From NCBI RefSeq assembly GCF_041986965.1, contig NZ_JBHIXB010000002.1:547501-611500 (forward strand): a DNA stretch of 64,000 nucleotides, written 5' to 3'. Numbering within the stretch: the stretch's first letter is position 1; each line of letters opens with the position of its first letter. Source of the DNA: Hyphococcus sp. Its GTDB lineage: Bacteria > Pseudomonadota > Alphaproteobacteria > Caulobacterales > Parvularculaceae. The notes beneath the pieces were generated by a model. It saw only the letters and a program-made list of their open reading frames with translations. It was not told where the DNA came from and made no database searches. Shown here in pieces: positions 37,122-47,012 of this stretch. A program made the translations under genes and the position numbers.

Positions 37122-37973
37122 TCACGCCCCTTCGCGAAGCATCGTGGCCAGCTTGTCGATCCCTGAAAGCAGGAGTTCCGGGCGCTCCACCGGATCTTCA
37201 CGCGATTTGAACGCCGCTTCGTCATAGATGCCGGTCGTCACGCCCACCGAATAGGCGCCGCCGAGATTGGCCATTTTCGGCTCCAGCTGCGGATCGTCGC
37301 CGACAACGACAACGGATGCGTCCGGGGAAAGCCCCATGCGGGACTTTGCAACCGCGAGCGCATCCAGCGAAGGTTTACCGAGGACATGCGCCTCGGCGCC
37401 GGTCAGCGCTTTCAGCATGGCGTTGATCGCGAAACTCGTGCCGATGCCGCGTTTATCGGCGCCGGCGGCCGCGAAGAACGGCACATCCGACGCCGTGGTC
37501 AGATGCGCGCCCGCCCAGATCGCATGCACCGCCGCTTCGAGGTCCGGAAAGGTGAACTCCCGGAACCAGCCCACATAGATCGCATCATAAGGCCCGCCGT
37601 CGCCCGGCGCCTCGACGACATTGAGGCCGAGATCGGCGAGCGGCTTCCACACCGGCTCCTTGCCGAGCACGAGAATGCGCTCCGCGCCTTTTTCTTTCAG
37701 ATAATGCGCCGCCGCGGTCGAAGGCGTCATGAACTCCTCGTCGCGCACATCAAGGCCGGTCGCGCGCATGGCGTTCGCATACCATTCGGGCGTTCGCGCC
37801 GTGCCGTTCGTGAAGACCTGATAAGGAACGCCGCGCTCACGTAGAATGCTGAGTGTTTCAACGGCGCCCGGCAACGCTTTCTGGCCGGCGCTCGCCTTGT
37901 CGCCAAGGACGAGCGTGCCGTCCATGTCGAAGATGAACCCTTCGGCTTTGTGTAATCGTTCAGGTCCACTCAT
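37122..37973 (-). CDS. acvF: HAD-IIA phosphatase, AcvF/HpeD-like
   Basis: FDMDGTL, FTN, GKPS and VGDD. Last gene of the kinase-carboxylase run. Confidence 0.8.
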   Translation of the reverse strand: MSGPERLHKAEGFIFDMDGTLVLGDKASAGQKALPGAVETLSILRERGVPYQVFTNGTARTPEWYANAMRATGLDVRDEEFMTPSTAAAHYLKEKGAERILVLGKEPVWKPLADLGLNVVEAPGDGGPYDAIYVGWFREFTFPDLEAAVHAIWAGAHLTTASDVPFFAAAGADKRGIGTSFAINAMLKALTGAEAHVLGKPSLDALAVAKSRMGLSPDASVVVVGDDPQLEPKMANLGGAYSVGVTTGIYDEAAFKSREDPVERPELLLSGIDKLATMLREGA

Positions 37974-39451
37974 CAGGACAGTCCCGCTCCTTTGTAAAGC
38001 GCCATGCGGAAGCCGGGACGCTCCACGGCGATGTCCGGCGCGTCAGGCCGCGCGGCCAGTTGTTTCAGCAAGTTGAAAATCGGCGCCGCCTCGGGCGTAT
38101 AGGTCGCGCGGCTGCGCCCAGAGGCTAACATCGCCTCCACCTGATCTTCCGGCATGACGGCGCGGAAAAGAAATTCTTCATCGTCCATGTCTTCGCCGAA
38201 CTGCTTGCGCAGGTCTTTGTACGCCGGGAACATGGGTTCGTTCTGGATTTCCTTCATTCGCGGGCGGTCGAGAATGGTCTCCTTGACCGCTGCGTCGATG
38301 GGGCTTGTGGGTCGCCCGAACTTGCCCATGACATAACGCAGGATCTGATCGGAAACCTGCGCATAGCGCTTCGTCCCGATAACGTTAAAGAGCGCCTGGC
38401 TCATCACCATTTGCGGGAACGGCGTCACCATGATCGGATGGCCGAGTTCGGCGCGCACGCGCTCGGTCTCTTCGATCACTGCATCGAACTTATGACCAAG
38501 ATTGAGCTCATCGAGCTGGCGCCGGGTCGTGGTCATGACGCCGCCGGCGATCTGATGTCGGAGAAAGCTGGCGTCAAAACTTTGCGGGCGGCCGGGCGGC
38601 AATCCTTCAGCTTGCGCCAGCCGCGTCCAGTAATTCTTGACAGTCGACAACGCCGCATCATTGACGTTCACCGTATGACCGGCCTCGCGCAAATTCGCCA
38701 CCATGCGCGTCGCTTCCGGCAGGGACGAGCCGTCGCCAAGCGGCCCGACACCCACATGCACCGCGTCGATAATCCCGAGATCGGCGGCGGCGAGCGAGGT
38801 GAGCGGTCCGTAGCCGATGGTGCAATGCGCGTGGATTTCAAGAGGCTTGGCGCCGATGGCGGCCTTTACCGCCGGCGCCAGCGTCTTCACGCGATCAGGC
38901 GACATCAGCCCGCCCGGATCTTTCAGATAAAAAAGATCGACGTGATTGCTCTTGGCCAGCTTGGCCGCAAAGTCCGCGTAAAACTCGTCGGTGTGAATAT
39001 CCGAGAGCGTAAAGGTCAGCGCGCCCATGACGTCGGCGTCGCCCTCTTCCTTGATAATGCGCGCCGCTTCGATCACCGCGTCGACGTCATGCATGGGATC
39101 GAGGACGATGAAGCGGCGAATGCCCGCCATCTGCAGCCGGCGATAGGCGAGCCGCATGAATTCCGGGTCCGCCTGTTGCCATGCCACAAAGCGAAGCCCG
39201 GTTGTAATGAATTGCAAGGGCACACTCGGCATCGCCGCGCGCATACGCTTGATGCGCTCCCAGGGGTTGTTCTGGAAATAGCGGATCGCGACCGCCATGG
39301 TCGTCGACGAGGTGAAATCGCAGGCGTGAAAGCCGACGCGCTCCATCGCCCCGGCGATTTCCAAAATCTGCGCGGTGTTGAGGCCCGTAGCGCCCCAAAG
39401 CGACTGGTTGCCGTCGCGGATCGACACATCGACGAGCTTGATCTCAGCCAT
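37973..39451 (-). CDS. acvE: Carboxyltransferase subunit (pyruvate carboxylase-like) of acetovanillone carboxylase
   Basis: DVSIRDGNQS, YLKDPGG, HAHCT, HQIAGG and MVTPFPQ. Start at 39451. Confidence 0.8.
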   Translation of the reverse strand: MAEIKLVDVSIRDGNQSLWGATGLNTAQILEIAGAMERVGFHACDFTSSTTMAVAIRYFQNNPWERIKRMRAAMPSVPLQFITTGLRFVAWQQADPEFMRLAYRRLQMAGIRRFIVLDPMHDVDAVIEAARIIKEEGDADVMGALTFTLSDIHTDEFYADFAAKLAKSNHVDLFYLKDPGGLMSPDRVKTLAPAVKAAIGAKPLEIHAHCTIGYGPLTSLAAADLGIIDAVHVGVGPLGDGSSLPEATRMVANLREAGHTVNVNDAALSTVKNYWTRLAQAEGLPPGRPQSFDASFLRHQIAGGVMTTTRRQLDELNLGHKFDAVIEETERVRAELGHPIMVTPFPQMVMSQALFNVIGTKRYAQVSDQILRYVMGKFGRPTSPIDAAVKETILDRPRMKEIQNEPMFPAYKDLRKQFGEDMDDEEFLFRAVMPEDQVEAMLASGRSRATYTPEAAPIFNLLKQLAARPDAPDIAVERPGFRMALYKGAGLS

Positions 39452-40790
39452 GTTTGAGCCCCTCAAAGAAGCGCGTATCGACGCCGCCCTTTTGAAAGCG
39501 CGCATCGTCCATGATCCGCGCATGGAGCGGCGCCGTTGTTTTGACGCCTTCTACATTGAGCGTGGCGAGCGCCGCAGCGGTCCGTGCGATCGCCTCCTCG
39601 CGCGTCGCGCCATGAACGATCAGCTTGCCCATCAGCGAGTCGTAAGTCGGCGGAATGGAATCGCCTGAGCGGATATGCGTGTCGACGCGCACGCCCTCGC
39701 CCGCCGGCCACTCCGCTTTTTGCACCAATCCCGGCGACGGCCGGAAATCGGCGTCCGGGTCTTCGGCGTTGATCCTGACTTCGATGGCGGCCCCGAGAAA
39801 TCCGATATCGCGTTGTTCGTAACCAAGGGCCGCGCCGCTGGCGATCAGCAATTGCTGCTCGACAATATCGACGCCGGTGACCTCTTCCGTCACCGGATGT
39901 TCGACCTGAATGCGGGCGTTCATTTCAAGGAAATAGAAATCGAACGTCTCGGCGTCGACGAGAAATTCAACGGTGCCTGCGCCTTTGTAATGTAGATGTT
40001 CGGCGATCTTCACCGCCGCATTTTCGATGGCGCGGTGTTTGTCATCAGGGATGTTCGGCGCCGGCGCTTCTTCAACGAGTTTCTGGAACCGCCGCTGGAT
40101 GGAACAGTCGCGCGTGCCCAAATGAATGGCGCGCTTGCCGTCGCCGATCACCTGCACTTCGACATGGCGCCCCGAGGCGATGAACCGCTCCACATAAATG
40201 CGTGGATCGCCAAAGGCGGCTTCGGCTTCCGACATGGCGAGGCCGATCTGGGATTTCAGGTCCTCCGGCTTGTCCACGCGCTTCATGCCGCGCCCGCCGC
40301 CGCCAGAGACAGCTTTGATGAGCAGCGGATAACCGGTCTTTTTGGCGATTTTCGCGGCGTCTTCAGCGGCTTGCGCCTCACCGCCCGGCACGACGGGCAG
40401 CCCCGCTTCAATCGCGACAGCGCGCGCTTTCAGCTTGTCGCCCATGGCGTCGAGGGCTTTCGGATCGGGGCCGACAAAGACCATTCCGGCGTCGGCGATG
40501 GCGCGCGCGAACCGGATATTCTCCGACAAAAAGCCGTAGCCCGGATGCACCGCATCAGCGCCGGCTTCCTTTGCCGCGGCCACCACCTTTTCGATATTGA
40601 GATAGGATTGTGACGACGGCGCGGGCCCAAGGCGCACAACCTCATCCGCTTCCGCCGCGCCACGCGATGTCGCGTCCGCATCCGAAACGCCTAACACAGT
40701 CTTCATACCCAATCGCCGCGCCGTCCTGATAACGCGCAGCGCGATCTCGCCGCGATTGGCGATGAAGAGCGTGTTGATAGGATTGCGCAT
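39444..40790 (-). CDS. acvD: Biotin carboxylase subunit
   Basis: ANRGEIA, HPGYGFLSEN, GGGGRGM, RDCSIQRR, EMNARIQVEH and RINAED. Confidence 0.85.
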   Translation of the reverse strand: MRNPINTLFIANRGEIALRVIRTARRLGMKTVLGVSDADATSRGAAEADEVVRLGPAPSSQSYLNIEKVVAAAKEAGADAVHPGYGFLSENIRFARAIADAGMVFVGPDPKALDAMGDKLKARAVAIEAGLPVVPGGEAQAAEDAAKIAKKTGYPLLIKAVSGGGGRGMKRVDKPEDLKSQIGLAMSEAEAAFGDPRIYVERFIASGRHVEVQVIGDGKRAIHLGTRDCSIQRRFQKLVEEAPAPNIPDDKHRAIENAAVKIAEHLHYKGAGTVEFLVDAETFDFYFLEMNARIQVEHPVTEEVTGVDIVEQQLLIASGAALGYEQRDIGFLGAAIEVRINAEDPDADFRPSPGLVQKAEWPAGEGVRVDTHIRSGDSIPPTYDSLMGKLIVHGATREEAIARTAAALATLNVEGVKTTAPLHARIMDDARFQKGGVDTRFFEGLKHG

Positions 40791-40800
40791 GCCTGTTCGC

Positions 40801-41262
40801 CTACTCCGGCTTCACCTTCATCAGGATCGATGTCGCCTCGATAGGTTCGGCATTCTCCGGAACAATCTCGACGATCTCGCCTTCGACGCCCGCATGAACA
40901 GGGTTCATCAACTTCATGGTTTCGATGATCGCAACCACGGTGTCAGGCTTCACCTTGTGGCCAACCTCTACAAAGGGCGGGGCGCCCGGCTGCGGCGCGC
41001 GATAGAAGGTGCCCGGCAGCGGCGGTTTGATAATGAGCAGACCGTCCTCTTCCGGGACAACATCCGGTTCGACGGCGGACGCGACGGTCTTCGCGGCCTC
41101 GCCGCCAATCGGCGTCCATTCCTGCGTAAACCCGTCGCCGGAGCGTTTCACGCGCAGGCGAAAACGCGCGGTTTCAATATCGAGCACGTCATAAGATGAC
41201 TTCGCAAGAATTGAGGCGATTTCCTCAACATCTTCGGGGCTTAGCGGTAGATCATGGCTCAT
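40801..41262 (-). CDS. acvC: Biotin carboxyl carrier protein
   Basis: GTFYRAP and IETMKLMN (biotinylated Lys). Confidence 0.85.
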   Translation of the reverse strand: MSHDLPLSPEDVEEIASILAKSSYDVLDIETARFRLRVKRSGDGFTQEWTPIGGEAAKTVASAVEPDVVPEEDGLLIIKPPLPGTFYRAPQPGAPPFVEVGHKVKPDTVVAIIETMKLMNPVHAGVEGEIVEIVPENAEPIEATSILMKVKPE

Positions 41263-41265
41263 GAC

Positions 41266-42318
41266 TTAGGATCGCTTTCCGCCGAAAATGTTCATGACGT
41301 GCTTCATGGGATTGTCCTGCGCTGCGGCAACCGGCGCAGCGTCTTTGGCGGACCAGACCGTTTCCGGCCGGCTTTGAAGCAAGAGGATTTTGCCCGTGCC
41401 GCTTTCGACCGCCCATTCGATATCCTGCGGTTTGCCGTAGTGTTTTTCGGTCTTGCGCGCGATGTCTTTCAATTGAATGAGCTCTTCATCGCTGAGGCAG
41501 GGCGCCGTGCGTTCCGCCTCAGGCAATTCCACATCCTCGATGCCGCCGCCCGGTTTCGGCGATTGCCGGATATGCTTGTCGGAAATATCGCGCGTCGTGA
41601 TTTCACCGGTGAGCTTGCCGACCACCCAGCGGTCGGGCGTCACCTCGCCGGAGACAACGGAGGACCCAAGCCCCCAGGCGCCTTCGATAGTGATGACCGA
41701 GCGGTCGCCGGTTAAGGGGCTGCGCGTGAACATGACGCCCGCCGTCCTCGCATCGACCATCTTTTGAACGACGACGCCCATGGCGACGCCGCTTTCAGGA
41801 AAGTTCTGCCGACGGCGATAGCAAACCGACTCGACGGAATAGAGCGACGCCCAACAGGAGCGCACCATCTTCATGGTTTCTTCCGCGCCAAGCACCCAGA
41901 GATAGGTGTCCTGCAATCCGGCGAAGGAGGCGTCATCGGCGTCTTCCGTCGTCGCCGATGACCGCACGGCGACCGGCGATTGTGCATCGTCGCCGCACAG
42001 CGTTGCGTAAGCCGACTTGATTTCATTTTCGACGTCGGCGGGCATAGGTTCTTTTACAATGCGCGCGCGGATCGCCTTTGTGACGTCAGCGACCTTGTCG
42101 AGATCATCCGGATCGAGGGCTTCCACGGGCGCGCGCAGAGGCTCTTCCCTGTCGAGTTTCTGAACGAACTCTTCAAACGCTTCGGTGCGCACGACAAAGC
42201 CCGGCGGCACCTCGATGCCCGCTTTTGTCAGCTCGCCGAGACTGCCGCCCTTGCCGCCGACGCTCGGACGATCTTCCAGTCCAATATCGGCGAACCATGA
42301 AATGTTTTTCGTCGTCAT
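41266..42318 (-). CDS. acvB: Phenylphosphate-synthase-like kinase, ATP-binding subunit
   Basis: VGGKGGSLGEL, AVRSSATTED, SFAGLQDTYL, GLGSSVVSG, DIEWA and LQSRP. Confidence 0.85.
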   Translation of the reverse strand: MTTKNISWFADIGLEDRPSVGGKGGSLGELTKAGIEVPPGFVVRTEAFEEFVQKLDREEPLRAPVEALDPDDLDKVADVTKAIRARIVKEPMPADVENEIKSAYATLCGDDAQSPVAVRSSATTEDADDASFAGLQDTYLWVLGAEETMKMVRSCWASLYSVESVCYRRRQNFPESGVAMGVVVQKMVDARTAGVMFTRSPLTGDRSVITIEGAWGLGSSVVSGEVTPDRWVVGKLTGEITTRDISDKHIRQSPKPGGGIEDVELPEAERTAPCLSDEELIQLKDIARKTEKHYGKPQDIEWAVESGTGKILLLQSRPETVWSAKDAAPVAAAQDNPMKHVMNIFGGKRS

Positions 42319-42327
42319 CTCGTAAAC

Positions 42328-44142
42328 CTAAAGCAGTGTGACGACGCCCCGGGCGCCGTCGACGCGAATGCGCTGGCCGTCCTCGATGCGCGCCGTCGCC
42401 TGGCCGGTGCCCACCACAGCAGGAAGGCCATATTCGCGCGCCACAATGGCCGCGTGGCTCATAGAACCGCCAATGTCGGAAACAGCGGCGGAGATTTTCT
42501 GGAAAACCGGCGCCCAGGTAGGGTTCGTGACCTGACAGACGAGAATGTCGCCCTCTTCGAGCCGGTTGATTTCCTGCACCGACTTGATGACGCGCGCCGT
42601 GCCTTCTGCAATGCCTGATGACGCCGCGAACCCACGGATCTCTTTTGAGTCCGCATCGGCGGGACCGGAAAGCCAGATATCGAGATTTTCTCGCGTGATG
42701 CCCCAGAGCATGACAATCGCCGGATCGTCGATCATATCGGGCACCGGACCCAGCGCCGGCGCGGAGTCCATCTCGGCCCAGATCTTTATCGCTTTTTTGC
42801 GCTCGGCGATCATCGCGCGAAAACGTTTTCCGCCTCGCGTCGGCGAACCGTTGGACCAGCTGGTCATCACATCGATGATGCCCTGCTCCACTTCATAGCG
42901 CGTGAGATGGAAGATGTCTTCGGCGTCGTCGATCAGGCCATGTTCGACAAAGAGCCCGCCATAATCGCGAATCTTGTTGAAGAAGAGATTAGTGTACCAG
43001 TGCTCGCAGTAAAATTTGTGACCCTCCACATAGGGAAAGACGCGGCAGGCGAGCTCGATCATCTGGTCATAGGCGGCGCGTTCTTCATCCGTGCCCAGAA
43101 GGTCGCGATAGCCGTCAATCAGCTCCTGGCGTTCCTCTTTGAGTTTCTCCATAGGCCGGTCGAGATTTTCACCCGCCTTGATTTTCGCCGCATAGCCGGG
43201 AATGGCTGAGAGCGGCAAAGACAAATCGTCATTCCAGGAACGGTGATAGTGATAGAAACCGTCGCCGACATTGACGTTGAACCAGGGGTTGCGCGAGGCC
43301 TCCAGCTCTTTCAGCCATTCCTTGCCGGGCTCGCCCATCTGTTCCAGCGACGCCAGCACATCCTCCGCCGAAACATCGCCGGCGAACTTGCCCTCAAGGC
43401 CCAGTTCCACGGCCTTGCGCGCCAGACGCTTCACCTCATCATCGGGTTTGAAAATCTCCGCCTCGAAACCGGCGACCATGCGCGCAATCGTCTGGTCGGT
43501 GATTTCCGGAAACGCTTTCTTGCAGAAATCGAAGAACACCATATAGGCGCCGTATCCGAGCAGCAAAAACTCGAAATGGTGGTGCCACATGCGGAAATAG
43601 CCTTCGAGCGTCTTGTGATAGGTCTCGAGAAGGTAATGGTTCGATGCAACGCCCTTGCCCGCATGAACATTTTCCAGCGGCTCGAATTCAGGCAAGTCCA
43701 GTGACGGCAATTCCTGCGCATCGGCGATGAGCTTGCGCATCTTGTCTTTCCACTGGTCGTAAAGCCGCTCCCAGTGTTCGTAATAATAAAATGCGCGTTT
43801 TTGAAACTCTTCCGTACGCCGCTCAATCTCGGCGGGATCCGTCACCGCATTGCCGCCAATATAAACCCGGCCGTTGATCACGCGGTAATCAATGCCAAGG
43901 GTCGTCGGCAAGGAGTGAACCCGGGTGTTGGAAGACCCAAGCGCGCAATAGGCCGCTTCCGCCGTCACCATGTCGAAATGATGCATGGGCTCCGGGAAGT
44001 GCATGGAGTTATAAAACCAGAACCGTTCATCATCCTCCGGCGCAAATTGCATGTAATAGGGATAGGCCGCTTGCGCGGCTTCCGTGCCTTTGGCGACGTC
44101 GATGGAGCTTGGGTTGGGAAAGCCGGCTGGCTTGTCTGACAT
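42328..44142 (-). CDS. acvA: Phenylphosphate-synthase-like kinase, phospho-His subunit
   Basis: C-terminal swivel domain GGSMSHAAIVAREYGLPAVVG. 604 aa. Confidence 0.85.
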   Translation of the reverse strand: MSDKPAGFPNPSSIDVAKGTEAAQAAYPYYMQFAPEDDERFWFYNSMHFPEPMHHFDMVTAEAAYCALGSSNTRVHSLPTTLGIDYRVINGRVYIGGNAVTDPAEIERRTEEFQKRAFYYYEHWERLYDQWKDKMRKLIADAQELPSLDLPEFEPLENVHAGKGVASNHYLLETYHKTLEGYFRMWHHHFEFLLLGYGAYMVFFDFCKKAFPEITDQTIARMVAGFEAEIFKPDDEVKRLARKAVELGLEGKFAGDVSAEDVLASLEQMGEPGKEWLKELEASRNPWFNVNVGDGFYHYHRSWNDDLSLPLSAIPGYAAKIKAGENLDRPMEKLKEERQELIDGYRDLLGTDEERAAYDQMIELACRVFPYVEGHKFYCEHWYTNLFFNKIRDYGGLFVEHGLIDDAEDIFHLTRYEVEQGIIDVMTSWSNGSPTRGGKRFRAMIAERKKAIKIWAEMDSAPALGPVPDMIDDPAIVMLWGITRENLDIWLSGPADADSKEIRGFAASSGIAEGTARVIKSVQEINRLEEGDILVCQVTNPTWAPVFQKISAAVSDIGGSMSHAAIVAREYGLPAVVGTGQATARIEDGQRIRVDGARGVVTLL

Positions 44143-44288
44143 GGGCGTCCTCTTTTCCTCCCGAGACGCCCGCCTCTTTCGGGTCTTAGCGCCTCAAAGC
44201 GCGGAAATAAGCCGTTTTCCGCCCTGCCGCGCGCTCTATGGACAGGATCATAAGGCGCCCGTATCTTCTCGAAAAGCGGAATATTCGG

Positions 44289-44303
44289 ATCACATCATTC
44301 GAT
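44289..44303. promoter_or_regulatory. LysR recognition box between divergent acvA and lysR
   Basis: ATCACATCATTCGAT is ATC-N9-GAT (T-N11-A), ending 7 nt before the lysR start. Confidence 0.5.
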
Positions 44304-44310
44304 TTTTATT

Positions 44311-45234
44311 ATGAACCTCGGAACGCGGGATTTCAGACTTCTGACCGTGCTGGCGAACGAACTTCACTTCGGGCGCGCGGCCGACGCGCTTGGCATGCGC
44401 CAGCCCCAGCTCTCGACCCGCCTCGCCCAGATTGAACGCACCCTCGGCGTTACGTTGTTTGTGCGCCGGCCGCGCGTCGCCATGACGCCCGCAGGCCGCA
44501 CCATTATCGATGCGGCGCGGCGCGCCTTCAGTGACTTTGAAACCGCCGTCGAGCAGGCGCGGCTGGTGGAGCGCGGCCAGATCGGCGCCATCGTGACGGC
44601 GATCGGGTCCAGCGTCATGCTCACCGACATTCCAAACTCGATACAACGCTTTCGCGGTCAATATCCGGATGTGGGCCTGACCTTGCGCGACATGCACTCA
44701 CGCCAGCAATGGGAAGCCTTGAGCGCGGGACAGATCGATGTCGCCATCACGCGGGAAATCGGCGTCGGGCGGTCGCTGAAAAGCGAAATCATTGGCCGCC
44801 AGCGTTTCGTGGTGCTGATGCCGTCGGACCACCCTTTGTCGAACCGCAAAAAGATCGCGCTTGAGGAACTGAAGGATGAGTCATTCGTCCTCTTTCAACC
44901 CGTCATTGCGCCCGGCCTCCATCATCAGATCAATGCGCTGTGTATCCGGGCCGGGTTTTCGCCGAAAATCGTTCAGGAAGCGGAGGAATGGTACACAGTG
45001 CTGGGCTTCGTGCGGGCGGGCTTCGGGATCACCATCACGCTCGATATGCCCGGCGCGCCGGTGCTGGCGGATGTCACCTCCTGCCCGCTTGAAGGCCTTG
45101 AGACGCACTCGCCGATTTTCCTGTGCTGGGACGAGGATCGCGATTCTGCATCGCGCGACCTCTTTCTCGACTGGTTGCGCCACGATTCCGAAATGGCGGG
45201 CGATAAGAAGCGCCGGAAAACACAAACACAATAG
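44311..45234 (+). CDS. LysR family regulator divergent from the acv operon
   Basis: ELHFGRAADALGMRQPQLS HTH followed by a substrate-binding domain. Confidence 0.92.
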   Translation: MNLGTRDFRLLTVLANELHFGRAADALGMRQPQLSTRLAQIERTLGVTLFVRRPRVAMTPAGRTIIDAARRAFSDFETAVEQARLVERGQIGAIVTAIGSSVMLTDIPNSIQRFRGQYPDVGLTLRDMHSRQQWEALSAGQIDVAITREIGVGRSLKSEIIGRQRFVVLMPSDHPLSNRKKIALEELKDESFVLFQPVIAPGLHHQINALCIRAGFSPKIVQEAEEWYTVLGFVRAGFGITITLDMPGAPVLADVTSCPLEGLETHSPIFLCWDEDRDSASRDLFLDWLRHDSEMAGDKKRRKTQTQ

Positions 45235-45285
45235 CGCCGTCAGACTGAATGAAAGTCTTACTGAAAGCGAACTCGCGCCTCTTTG

Positions 45286-45300
45286 ATCGATTTCATCGAA
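45286..45300. promoter_or_regulatory. Second LysR-type box upstream of the MDR gene
   Basis: ATCGATTTCATCGAA contains the TCGAT-N3-ATCGA palindrome (T-N11-A). Confidence 0.5.
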
Positions 45301-45374
45301 ACTTATCGCTATGATGCCGCAAAACCCGGATCGTCAGGGCGCAAAGCCAACGCAATATAAACGGACCTCTCCTC

Positions 45375-46388
45375 ATGAAAAAATATGTTTTGAAAGCCGG
45401 CTCCACGTCGCTTGAAAGTCTCGTCATCATCGAAGAGGACGAACCGAAAGTTAAACCAGGCGAAGTCCTGATCCGCGTTCATGCCTGTTCCCTCAACTTC
45501 CGCGATCAGGCCGTCGTTACCGGCAATTATTTTGGCGGCGTCCTGACCGAAGACACGGTGCCCTTGTCCGACGGCGCTGGCGAAGTCGTGGCGGTTGGCG
45601 ACGGCGTCACGAAGTTCAAGGCGGGCGACCGCGTCGCGGGGCTCTTTTTTCAGAACTGGCATGACGGCCCGCCGAACCCAAACGCGGGGATGGCCCTCGG
45701 CGCCTCAGGGTGCAACGGCATGCTCGCGGAATATGTGGCGTTGCCCGAACGCGGCGTCGTTAAAATCGCAGACAGTCTATCTTTTGAAGAAGCCGCGACG
45801 CTCCCTTGCGCCGGCGTCACCGCGTGGAATGCGCTGATGTGCGGTCGCAATCCGATCAAGGTTGGCGATTGCGTTTGCGTTCTCGGGACTGGCGGCGTTT
45901 CCATGATCGCGCTCGGCATCGCCCATGCGGCGGGCGCCCATGTGGTCGTCACCTCGTCATCGGATGAAAAACTCGACCGCGCCAAAAAGCTCGGCGCGTC
46001 AGGTTTTGTGAATTACCGCAACACGCCGGAATGGGGCCCGGCGGCGGCGGCGGCAAGCAACAAAGGCGGCGCCGATGTGGTCGTCGAAGTCGGCGGCGCG
46101 GGCACGCTCGCCCAATCCATGCAGGCCGTGAATTTCAACGGAGAGATCGCCCTGATCGGCGTCTTGACGCGCGACGGCGATACGACGCCCCATCCCCTGA
46201 TGATGAAAGGCTCCAGCATTCGCGGCATCTTTGTCGGCAACAAAACGATGGCCCGCGATCTCGCCGCCGCGATCGACGTCAACGGCATGAAACCGGCCAT
46301 CGACAAGGTGTTTGACTTCAAGGACGCCGCCGAAGCCTATCGCTATCAAACGCGCGGCGCATTCGGCAAGGTGGTGATCAAACTCTAG
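45375..46388 (+). CDS. MDR/quinone-oxidoreductase-like NAD(P)-dependent dehydrogenase
   Basis: SLNFRD, SDGAGEV, CAGVTAWNAL and GTGGVS. Lacks the Zn-Cys cluster. Confidence 0.8.
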   Translation: MKKYVLKAGSTSLESLVIIEEDEPKVKPGEVLIRVHACSLNFRDQAVVTGNYFGGVLTEDTVPLSDGAGEVVAVGDGVTKFKAGDRVAGLFFQNWHDGPPNPNAGMALGASGCNGMLAEYVALPERGVVKIADSLSFEEAATLPCAGVTAWNALMCGRNPIKVGDCVCVLGTGGVSMIALGIAHAAGAHVVVTSSSDEKLDRAKKLGASGFVNYRNTPEWGPAAAAASNKGGADVVVEVGGAGTLAQSMQAVNFNGEIALIGVLTRDGDTTPHPLMMKGSSIRGIFVGNKTMARDLAAAIDVNGMKPAIDKVFDFKDAAEAYRYQTRGAFGKVVIKL

Positions 46389-46400
46389 CGCAAAGCAGCG

Positions 46401-46967
46401 TTAGTCCTTCGCCGCTGCGGCCGCTTTTTCATCCATGGCGCGAACCGGATTGATAGGACCTGATTTGCGGCCGTCGAGAAACTCATTGCGGATCGACCGC
46501 CGCGAAAACAGCCATTCGCCGTCCACGCGTTGAAGCTCATCCTCATAGTGCCCGAACGTGCCGATCTTCGGCGCGCCGTCCGGCCCGTCATTGGCCATCT
46601 CATACCAGAAGGACGTCGCCCAGGCGCGATCGCCCTCAACCCGGATCACCTTGTGCGCGATGACATGGCGCAAGGCCGCCGGATCGCCGTTTTGATCCGT
46701 ATAGATCTTCCCGATGCTTTCCTTGAACGCCTTGACCGTCTCCCCGATCTTCTCGCGCCCCACCGCCGAGCCGCGCGCGAATTCAAGCTCGCCATCTTCC
46801 GTAAACATCGCGGCATAGGCGTCGAAATCGTTCCAGTCCATGGCGAAGAGATACCGCGCCATCAAATCCTCAATGGCGGCGCGGTCATCAGCATAGCCCG
46901 GTTTTCTGGCGTCGGCGGCGGAAACGGACATGAACACGAGAAAGCAGGCTAAAAACAGGTTTCTCAT
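46401..46967 (-). CDS. Exported SnoaL/NTF2-like protein
   Basis: Signal peptide (...SVSA|ADA), DRAAIEDLMARY...D, FTEDG, RH and GHYEDELQRVDGEWLFSRR. Confidence 0.75.
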   Translation of the reverse strand: MRNLFLACFLVFMSVSAADARKPGYADDRAAIEDLMARYLFAMDWNDFDAYAAMFTEDGELEFARGSAVGREKIGETVKAFKESIGKIYTDQNGDPAALRHVIAHKVIRVEGDRAWATSFWYEMANDGPDGAPKIGTFGHYEDELQRVDGEWLFSRRSIRNEFLDGRKSGPINPVRAMDEKAAAAAKD

Positions 46968-47012
46968 GACATTTCTTTCCGCTGCTTTTTTCTACTGGCC
47001 TTTCAGCGGCGC

